Source: Methanothermococcus sp. SCGC AD-155-E23 (lineage in GTDB: Archaea > AGJL01 > Methanococci > Methanococcales > Methanococcaceae). Taken from it: a stretch of 10,867 bases of DNA. The stretch is from contig JAHEQA010000034.1 in assembly GCA_019561615.1 (NCBI GenBank), positions 1 through 10,867 on the forward strand, written 5' to 3'. Under the pieces are notes generated by a model, which saw only the letters and a list, made by a program, of their open reading frames with translations, was not told the origin of the DNA and did not search any database. This document shows positions 1-6,153 of the stretch, piece by piece. Numbering within the stretch: the first letter of the stretch is position 1; each line of letters starts with the position of its first letter. The translations under genes were made by a program, and so were the position numbers.

Positions 1-530
1 TGAAGATATGTTCTAGGTATATACCTCACAAGTCTGATATTGGCTGTGTAGTGGTAAAACCTGAGGATGTAAGGGAGGCCTTCCAGAGGATCATGGAGAG
101 AGGTAGAAGGTATCTAAGGGAGAGGGGTATTGAGGATGGAATAGATGGGGTGCTTGTTGAGGAGTACATCCAGGGGATGGAACTTATCCTTGGAGGGAAG
201 AGGGATAGGATATTTGGTCCAGTGATTATGGTGGGTTTAGGAGGGGTGTTTGTAGAGGTGATGAAGGATGTCTCCTTTGCAATCCATCCCATTACAAGGG
301 AGTACGCCCTTGATACTTTAAAGGAGTTAAAATCCTACAAGGTGTTGGAGGGTATAAGGGGACGTCCAAGGAGGGATATAGACTTTGTAGTGGACACCAT
401 GGTGAGACTTGGAGTGATTATGGAGTTGTATCCTGAGATAAGGGAGATAGATATAAATCCCCTCTTTGTAAGGGAGGAGGGTAGGGGAGGATGCGCTGGT
501 GATGCCCTAATAATTGTGGGAGAGGGATAG
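1..530 (+). CDS. ADP-forming acetate/acyl-CoA synthetase, C-terminal ATP-grasp domain (5' truncated by window edge)
   Basis: The frame is open from the window start ([16 protein letters not shown], matching the K-x-S-x3-HKSD-x-G motif). It then shows [41 protein letters not shown] and EIDINPL, all typical of ACD beta/ATP-grasp domains. The ORF-track start at 51 is internal. Stop TAG at 528-530. Confidence 0.88.
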   Translation, partial: KICSRYIPHKSDIGCVVVKPEDVREAFQRIMERGRRYLRERGIEDGIDGVLVEEYIQGMELILGGKRDRIFGPVIMVGLGGVFVEVMKDVSFAIHPITREYALDTLKELKSYKVLEGIRGRPRRDIDFVVDTMVRLGVIMELYPEIREIDINPLFVREEGRGGCAGDALIIVGEG

Positions 531-531
531 A

Positions 532-1197
532 TTGAGATTGAGAGTGGAGGCGGGAAATATTCTAGATGAGAGGGTACATGAGATAGGAGTTATAGCCCTA
601 GGTTCCTTCCTGGAGAATCACGGTCCTGTACTTCCCCTAGACACAGATGCAAAGATAGCGTCCTATATAGGGTTGATGGCCTCCCTGAGGACAGGTGCCA
701 AATTCCTAGGGGTTGTACTACCCTCAACAGAGTATCCCTATGTAAAACATGGTATCCACAACAAAGCTGAGGAGGTTGTAGAGTACCTAAGGTTTATACT
801 CTCCTGGAGTAAGAGGTTAGGTATTAAAAAGGTGTTGATAGTGAACTGCCATGGGGGTAATACCCTTATCTCTAAATACCTAGGTGATCTAGAGAGGGAA
901 CTTAAGTTAAAAATAGTAATGAAGAACTTTAACTTTATCCATGCAGGTAGCGAGGAGGTATCCCTTGGAAGTGTTATAGGTATTGCAAGGGAGGATAAGA
1001 TAAAAGAGCATCATCCCAGTAAATACCCTGAGATAGGGATGGTAGGGTTGAAGGAGGCCAGGGAGAGTAACAGGTTGATAGACAGGGATGCAGAGATTGT
1101 GGAAAGGGAGGGTGTTAAGATAGATAGAAAACTTGGAGAAGAGATACTGGAGAAGGCTATAGAGGAATGTGTAGAGTGTATAAAAGAGTTATTATAA
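532..1197 (+). CDS. arfB: 2-amino-5-formylamino-6-ribosylaminopyrimidin-4(3H)-one 5'-monophosphate deformylase (creatininase family; riboflavin/F420 precursor pathway)
   Basis: Creatininase-family metal motifs [22 protein letters not shown] and HAGSEE, plus the methanogen ArfB-like segments [13 protein letters not shown] and [13 protein letters not shown]. Start placed at TTG 532 (GAGGGA SD 4 nt upstream, 1 nt after the upstream stop) rather than the track's 514. Confidence 0.88.
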   Translation: MRLRVEAGNILDERVHEIGVIALGSFLENHGPVLPLDTDAKIASYIGLMASLRTGAKFLGVVLPSTEYPYVKHGIHNKAEEVVEYLRFILSWSKRLGIKKVLIVNCHGGNTLISKYLGDLERELKLKIVMKNFNFIHAGSEEVSLGSVIGIAREDKIKEHHPSKYPEIGMVGLKEARESNRLIDRDAEIVEREGVKIDRKLGEEILEKAIEECVECIKELL

Positions 1198-2136
1198 GAG
1201 TTTATTGATGTATGGGTTGTTAAGTATCCTCTCTATGTCCCATAACTCGTTGAGAATGTCGGAGTTTATACTACACCTTATAAGTGGCACCCTTAAACCC
1301 ACGGCAATATGTGAAAATGTAGGGTTGTTACCTACTATCAAGGGGTTCAATCCCCTATCAAGAATATACTCTGTATAGTAGAATAACTCACTTAGGGTAC
1401 TAACTGTGTATGGTTCTACCTTTGAGAAGTCTGCCATCTCGTCTATATCCTCTGTAGTTAAAAAACCGTCAAATTCCACTGTTTTAGGACTTTCCAGATA
1501 ATCCAGGTTGGATATCTTTTCATGTTCTATATCTTCCCTTACTGAGGCACCTACAAGTATCTTAACATCCTCCTCTTCAGATATCTCAGATACAATATCC
1601 CTAAATCTCTCCAACTCCTGGAAGATATCTTTACACCTGTATCTTCCCTCTATATCCACATCCCTGTATCTTTGGGAGAGCTGTTCCAGTATCTTTCTGT
1701 AGATGTATATCATCTCCTCTATGGATTCAGTTATAGGTATTACTAGAAGATCCCTCTCACCATCAGAGAGTAGAGGACAGGCTACACTGGGTAACTGGGT
1801 GGAGAGGGCACCTCCAATATACCTAAATAGGGGTATCTCCAGGGCGTTGGCTGCCGCCTGTGAGACACTTAGGGAAACACCCATAGTTGTAGTTGGATCC
1901 TCTATTGGAGTGCTACATATTATAGAGTCTACAAGATCCTGATCTGTTACAGGGTGTCCTACAAGTTCCGGTGCTATTATGTTCTCTATATCAGATATTA
2001 CGTAGTCAGGGTTTTCCACGGGGAGGGTGTGGTAACCTATTCCTCCTGAGGTTAAGGTTGTTATCTTAATACCTATTTTAGCATTTTTAAAAACCTTCTT
2101 TGCACTTATCCTCTCTATCAGAATCTCCCCATCCAC
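1192..2136 (-). CDS. Enolase-like protein, shortened and apparently lacking catalytic motifs
   Basis: Enolase N-domain-like segments ([48 protein letters not shown]) and C-terminal remnants (TLSE, HIAVGL). Only 314 aa. It occupies the enolase position after rpoK. GTG start with GAGGTAGA SD. Confidence 0.8.
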   Translation of the reverse strand: MDGEILIERISAKKVFKNAKIGIKITTLTSGGIGYHTLPVENPDYVISDIENIIAPELVGHPVTDQDLVDSIICSTPIEDPTTTMGVSLSVSQAAANALEIPLFRYIGGALSTQLPSVACPLLSDGERDLLVIPITESIEEMIYIYRKILEQLSQRYRDVDIEGRYRCKDIFQELERFRDIVSEISEEEDVKILVGASVREDIEHEKISNLDYLESPKTVEFDGFLTTEDIDEMADFSKVEPYTVSTLSELFYYTEYILDRGLNPLIVGNNPTFSHIAVGLRVPLIRCSINSDILNELWDIERILNNPYINKLL

Positions 2137-2164
2137 AGAGATCTACCTCTGAAAGTTTATAAAT

Positions 2165-2173
2165 AAAAAAAAA
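2165..2173 (-). terminator. Oligo-U (T9) tract downstream of rpoK, candidate archaeal terminator
   Basis: A9 on the + strand (T9 on -) begins 4 nt after the rpoK stop codon. U-tracts are the usual termination signal in Methanococcales. Confidence 0.5.
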
Positions 2174-2176
2174 GAG

Positions 2177-2350
2177 TTAGTTTCTTTTCTTAGGTCTTGC
2201 TATTAGGGGTATCTTTCCTTTTTCAAACTCCTCCATGGCAATATCTAAGGAGGAGTCTTTCTGAGTATCTATAGTTAAATAGGCTCCATCTGAAATCTGT
2301 AGAGATCTGGCTCCAATAAGTCTAGCCTTTTCAAACCTAGTATATCCCAT
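2177..2350 (-). CDS. rpoK: DNA-directed RNA polymerase subunit K (Rpo6)
   Basis: MGYTRFEKARLIGARSLQISDGA...IAMEEFEKGKIPL is the Rpo6/RPB6 signature. ATG at 2350 with a GGTG SD; 57 aa. The track's extension to 2467 runs through the tRNA and is spurious. Confidence 0.95.
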   Translation of the reverse strand: MGYTRFEKARLIGARSLQISDGAYLTIDTQKDSSLDIAMEEFEKGKIPLIARPKKRN

Positions 2351-2386
2351 AAAAAACACCAGAAAGATTGATAAAAAAGTAAGAAA

Positions 2387-2463
2387 TGGTGGGACTGCCG
2401 AGATTTGAACTCGGGTCGCGCGCCCCCCAGACGCGCAGGATAGCCAGGCTACCCCACAGTCCC
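2387..2463 (-). tRNA. tRNA-Pro(GGG), CCA encoded, no intron
   Basis: The reverse complement folds as a cloverleaf: acceptor GGGACTG/CAGTCCC, anticodon arm CGCGT-CTGGGGG-GCGCG, T arm CCGAG-TTCAAAT-CTCGG, discriminator A plus CCA. Confidence 0.95.
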
Positions 2464-2473
2464 ACATAAAAAC

Positions 2474-2695
2474 TTAGTAGGAGGAGTCATGCTCCATCAT
2501 GTCGTCGAATATCTCCCTACCGTCCTCATCTATCCTGTGAGATATGAACATCCTCCTACAACAGTACTTCTTAATCCCCAAGTCATCTAGTATGTCCTTG
2601 GGGTTTTCCCCCTTAAGAAGTCTGGAGCGATACTCCTCATATACTGCAGATATTACAGCACCACAGGAAAAGCACCTAATGGGGAACATTACCAC
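2474..2695 (-). CDS. rpoN: DNA-directed RNA polymerase subunit N (Rpo10)
   Basis: FPIRCFSCG...LDDLGIKKYCCRRMF zinc-binding signature of Rpo10/RPB10. The start is either GTG 2695 (4 nt after GGTGA, the spacing seen at neighbouring genes) or ATG 2689. Confidence 0.95.
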   Translation of the reverse strand: MVMFPIRCFSCGAVISAVYEEYRSRLLKGENPKDILDDLGIKKYCCRRMFISHRIDEDGREIFDDMMEHDSSY

Positions 2696-2723
2696 ATTAT
2701 CACCAAAAAATAACAGGGAGAAT

Positions 2724-3128
2724 TTATCTGTAGGACTTCTGTCTCTTGGCCCTTGGTCCCTTGGTGGACCTACTTGGTTTGTGAGGCTCAGTTCTCCTTG
2801 CGTCACTGACCAACAGTGTCCTGTCGTACTCCAGGAACTTATTCTTTATCTCCATACTTCCTGTAAATTCTACAATGGCCTTACCTAGGGCTGTCCTCGC
2901 TGCATCTATTTGCCCTGAAACCCCTCCCCCTTTCACGGTAATATCTATATCCATGGTGTTAATCACATCGCCTGCCAATATTATTGGTTCCATCAATTTC
3001 ATATTTAAATATTTCGGTCCAAAGATTTCAATAGGTACCTTGTTTATTCTAATTCTACCTTTCCCCTCCCTTGCAGTAGCCCTTGCAATGGCAGTCTTCC
3101 TTTTACCTACAGTATGTACCACCTTCAC
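2724..3128 (-). CDS. rps9: 30S ribosomal protein S9 (uS9)
   Basis: [36 protein letters not shown] and C-terminal [12 protein letters not shown] start 4 nt after GGTGA. Confidence 0.97.
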   Translation of the reverse strand: MKVVHTVGKRKTAIARATAREGKGRIRINKVPIEIFGPKYLNMKLMEPIILAGDVINTMDIDITVKGGGVSGQIDAARTALGKAIVEFTGSMEIKNKFLEYDRTLLVSDARRTEPHKPSRSTKGPRAKRQKSYR

Positions 3129-3140
3129 ATGATCACCCCT

Positions 3141-3554
3141 TTAAAATTTAGCTCCTAGGTACTTACTAAGTTCTTCAAGGGTTACAAACTTGTGGGTATT
3201 TGGCATCCTGGTGTAGGTAACATCTGGGGTTACCCCCTCTGGAGTTCCCACTGTAACCTTAACCCTTTTAAATGCCTCTCTCCCTTTAGCCTTCTTGTAG
3301 GGGAGCATACCCCTTATCATCCTTCTAAGGATATCGTCAGGTCTCCTTGGATACTTTGGACCCATCCTCCTTGGATTACTTATACTCTTCCTATGTCTCC
3401 TCTGGAGAAACTTCTGGAAGATGTAATCCCTATTTCCTGTTATTATGGCCTTCTCTGCATTAATTATTAATACCTCCTCTCCAGAGAGGGCCAACTTGGC
3501 AGCGTAAGATGCCAGCCTTCCAGCTACTGCATTTGTGGCGTCTATAACCACCAT
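3141..3554 (-). CDS. rpl13: 50S ribosomal protein L13 (uL13)
   Basis: VIDA-x3-AGRLAS, INAEKAIITG, GPKYPRRPD and IRGMLPYK. ATG at 3554; the track's GTG at 3563 lies within the GGTGA SD. Confidence 0.96.
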   Translation of the reverse strand: MVVIDATNAVAGRLASYAAKLALSGEEVLIINAEKAIITGNRDYIFQKFLQRRHRKSISNPRRMGPKYPRRPDDILRRMIRGMLPYKKAKGREAFKRVKVTVGTPEGVTPDVTYTRMPNTHKFVTLEELSKYLGAKF

Positions 3555-3564
3555 AACTTTCACC

Positions 3565-3927
3565 TTATGACATAATCTTTATCTGGACACCTTTAGGGTT
3601 TTCCTCTACCAACTCTTCAATAGTTATACACCTTCCCCCTACCTCCTCAATAGCTCTCCTGGCACTCTCTGAGAAGGAGAGAGCAGCAACAGTTACCCTG
3701 TGGTCTAACCTTCCAGCACCTAATACCTTACCTGGAACAACTACTACCTCCCCCTCTTTTGTATACCTGTTTATCTTACTAATATTTACCTCCGCCCTCC
3801 TTCTAGCAGGTTTTGACAACCTCTTAGCTAGATCCTTCCAGATCTTCCTCTGAGTCCTGTAGGATGCAGATTTAAGTGTTTCTATTAACTTCAAGATCCT
3901 TGGATTTGTTGCCTTAGGTTCCCTCAT
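3565..3927 (-). CDS. rpl18e: 50S ribosomal protein L18e (eL18)
   Basis: [34 protein letters not shown] and NPKG motifs. ATG at 3927 after a GGTGG SD. Confidence 0.96.
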   Translation of the reverse strand: MREPKATNPRILKLIETLKSASYRTQRKIWKDLAKRLSKPARRRAEVNISKINRYTKEGEVVVVPGKVLGAGRLDHRVTVAALSFSESARRAIEEVGGRCITIEELVEENPKGVQIKIMS

Positions 3928-3938
3928 AGATCCCACCT

Positions 3939-4514
3939 TTACTCCTCAAGTGTTTCCAACTCCTTTAGAACTCTTTCCGCCTTATCCTTCAATACCTCAA
4001 GAGAGGATATTACTATCTCCTCAGGTTCCATGTTGCCATGGGACTCTACCTGGAACTCAACCTCATCCTCACCTATCTGTCTGTATGTACTGTTACAGGG
4101 TTGCCACTTTGCATGTACCTTTCCTATACCTACTACAGCCTCACATTCCAACTTTAACCTCTGTCCCTCCTTCAACTTAACTATAGGTATGTTTTTAAAT
4201 GCAACCTCCCCTGTTTCAGATTTAAGATCCCCGGAGTATACAGTACAGGGACCCTCCTTGTTGAGGACAAAGGTTATAACCTCCTCCTCACTGAGGGGTT
4301 TTCCCTTTATTGGGATGAGGGCCAGTCTATGAGCCAGTAATTCATCGTACATGGAGGATGTGTTTTCATAGACGTAGACGTACTCGATGGCGTAGGTAGG
4401 TACCTCAGATATCATTATCCTCCTTATGGCGTTGGAAAAGGAGATAGGTCCCTTTAATTTAAACCTGAGGATATCTCCTATTGGTGTTTTCTCCTTCCTA
4501 ATATCAGATATCAA
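3939..4514 (-). CDS. rpoD: DNA-directed RNA polymerase subunit D (Rpo3), short form
   Basis: [59 protein letters not shown] and VESHG. TTG at 4514 after a GGTGG SD preferred over the track's GTG 4523; about 191 aa. Confidence 0.96.
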   Translation of the reverse strand: MISDIRKEKTPIGDILRFKLKGPISFSNAIRRIMISEVPTYAIEYVYVYENTSSMYDELLAHRLALIPIKGKPLSEEEVITFVLNKEGPCTVYSGDLKSETGEVAFKNIPIVKLKEGQRLKLECEAVVGIGKVHAKWQPCNSTYRQIGEDEVEFQVESHGNMEPEEIVISSLEVLKDKAERVLKELETLEE

Positions 4515-4532
4515 GAATACCACCAGGTAGAT

Positions 4533-4919
4533 TTACCTGTACTTCTTCTTTGGGGTAGTTCCATCGTGGGGTATTGGAGTTACATCCTCTATCCTACCGA
4601 TCTGTATCCCTGCCCTTGCCAGGGCCCTAATTGCAGCCTGGGCACCGGGACCAGGGGTCTTTGGTCCACTACCTCCAGGGGCCCTTACCTTTATATGTAC
4701 CTTGTCGATACCCCTCTCCTTTATTATCTCAGCTATCTTAAATGCCCCCTGCATAGCTGCATATGGAGAACCCTCATCCTTCTGGTTCTTTACAATCATA
4801 CCTCCAGAGATCCTGGCTATAGTCTCTGCCCCTGTTATATCGGTAACATGGATTATGGTGTTGTTGTAAGAGGAGTAGATATGGACAACTCCCCATTTTC
4901 CACCTGTCTTACTACCCAT
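4533..4919 (-). CDS. rps11: 30S ribosomal protein S11 (uS11)
   Basis: [39 protein letters not shown] and [18 protein letters not shown] 4 nt before the ATG. Confidence 0.98.
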   Translation of the reverse strand: MGSKTGGKWGVVHIYSSYNNTIIHVTDITGAETIARISGGMIVKNQKDEGSPYAAMQGAFKIAEIIKERGIDKVHIKVRAPGGSGPKTPGPGAQAAIRALARAGIQIGRIEDVTPIPHDGTTPKKKYR

Positions 4920-4932
4920 AATATCACCCTAT

Positions 4933-5469
4933 TTAATTACTCTCTTCCGTTATTACCTTTACCCTTTCAGGGTGATCCTTAGATGCTAGAGGAGAGGTTG
5001 GAGCGTATGTAATTTTATCCTCCTCTTCCACAGGTACTAGATAGCTAGGAGCTGTAACCCTTCTACCGTTAATAGCTATATGTCCATGGACGATAAACTG
5101 TCTAGCCTGTTTTATGGTCTTGGCCAGTCCCTTCCTGAATACCAAGGTCTGCAATCTCCTCTCCAATATATCCTCTACAGTGAGGGAGAGAACGTCATCT
5201 AAAGTTGGATCCTCTTTAACCAGTATTCCATATCTTCTAAGGATGTTGAATAACTGCTGGGCCTCCTTCTTCCCCTGCTCAGAGGTATCACTGATTAACT
5301 TTCTAGCCTGCCTTCTAAACTTCCTCAACCTAGTCTCCATCTTCCAAAGCTCCCTCTTATTTACAAGACCGTACTTGTTTAGAAGTTCTTTCTCCCTTTT
5401 AATCCTCTCTGCGATCCAGGGATGGTTAGGAGTATCGTATTTCTTTTTCAACCTCCTAGGATCTCCCAT
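4933..5469 (-). CDS. rps4: 30S ribosomal protein S4 (uS4)
   Basis: MGDP...Y-x-TP-x-HPW, YGLVNKRELW and the S4 domain LERRLQTLV...ARQFIVHGHI. GGTGA SD 4 nt before the ATG. Confidence 0.98.
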   Translation of the reverse strand: MGDPRRLKKKYDTPNHPWIAERIKREKELLNKYGLVNKRELWKMETRLRKFRRQARKLISDTSEQGKKEAQQLFNILRRYGILVKEDPTLDDVLSLTVEDILERRLQTLVFRKGLAKTIKQARQFIVHGHIAINGRRVTAPSYLVPVEEEDKITYAPTSPLASKDHPERVKVITEESN

Positions 5470-5483
5470 TATCTCACCTTAAT

Positions 5484-5939
5484 TTACTTTTTCTTCTTCT
5501 TACTTACACCAACGGTAGGACCTCTTCTAAATGTACTCCTTGTCCTCTGACCTCTACATGGCAGTCCTAGTTCATGCCTAATTCCTCTGTAGCATCTAAT
5601 TCTCTTCATAGTTGCTATGTCCTGTTGAACTGCAAGTATCCAGTCACTCTCTATAAGATGTTTATCCTCCCCTGAGTAGGGATCCCTCTTCCTGTTAAAC
5701 ATCCAGGATGGGATGCCGTGTTTTGCAGGATCTCTCAATATCTCCTCTATCCTCTTAACATCGTCATCGGTTAGATAACCTGCACGCATCTGTCCATCTA
5801 GTTTTGCAACTCTAACTATGGCCTTAGCCATGGCCTTACCTATACCTTTAATAGCCTGTAGGGCAAACTCTAAGGGTGCATTTCCATCTATGTCAGTTTT
5901 AGATATCCTTAATCTATGCCTAAATTCCCCCTGATTCAA
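5484..5939 (-). CDS. rps13: 30S ribosomal protein S13 (uS13)
   Basis: [13 protein letters not shown]-x-RD and [25 protein letters not shown] at 5939 behind GGAGGTG. The track's N-terminal extension to 6050 is tRNA/poly-T sequence. Confidence 0.97.
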   Translation of the reverse strand: MNQGEFRHRLRISKTDIDGNAPLEFALQAIKGIGKAMAKAIVRVAKLDGQMRAGYLTDDDVKRIEEILRDPAKHGIPSWMFNRKRDPYSGEDKHLIESDWILAVQQDIATMKRIRCYRGIRHELGLPCRGQRTRSTFRRGPTVGVSKKKKK

Positions 5940-5981
5940 TATAAGCACCTCCAAAAAATAGTCGTGTTTTTTTTTAATAAT

Positions 5982-6005
5982 AAAAAAAAGAAAAAAATAA
6001 AAAAA
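5982..6005 (-). terminator. Triple oligo-U tract (T7-A-T7-C-T8) directly after tRNA-Ser
   Basis: Read on the - strand immediately after CCA: TTTTTTT A TTTTTTT C TTTTTTTT. Confidence 0.65.
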
Positions 6006-6093
6006 TGGCGCAGAGGGGGGGATTTGAACCCCCGCGGGGCAAAGCCCCATGGGATCTCCAGTCCCACGCCTTACCAGGCTAGACTACCTCTGC
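6006..6093 (-). tRNA. tRNA-Ser(GGA), long variable arm, CCA encoded
   Basis: Acceptor GCAGAGG/CCTCTGC, anticodon arm TGGGA-CTGGAGA-TCCCA, variable arm GGGGC-TTT-GCCCC, T arm GGGGG-TTCAAAT-CCCCC, discriminator G plus CCA. Confidence 0.96.
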
Positions 6094-6137
6094 ACTAACC
6101 CTTTTACCTAGGCAGTATCCATAATATGCATTTGTGG

Positions 6138-6152
6138 TATATATAGCTTTCG
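6138..6152 (-). promoter_or_regulatory. BRE-TATA promoter of tRNA-Ser and the ribosomal-protein operon
   Basis: The - strand reads CGAAAG-C-TATATATA about 45 nt upstream of the mature tRNA 5' end, matching the Methanococcus stable-RNA promoter pattern (CGAAA then TTTATATA-like). Confidence 0.75.
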
Positions 6153-6153
6153 A

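Noticed and set aside
26-292. 88-aa minus-strand ORF
   Set aside because: Antisense shadow of the acyl-CoA synthetase CDS.
5940-6050. Hydrophobic N-terminal extension of S13 ([10 protein letters not shown]), and similar extensions of RpoK and RpoN in the track
   Set aside because: These are translations of tRNA, poly-T spacer or the upstream gene; SD-supported starts lie downstream.
6052-6062. G at position 37 of tRNA-Ser(GGA)
   Set aside because: A purine at position 37 is expected, and G37 is compatible with archaeal Trm5 methylation; there is no basis to call it unusual without an alignment.
2387-6093. tRNA genes as integration sites for a mobile element
   Set aside because: No duplicated tRNA 3' end, integrase or foreign-looking cargo; the flanks are core genes.
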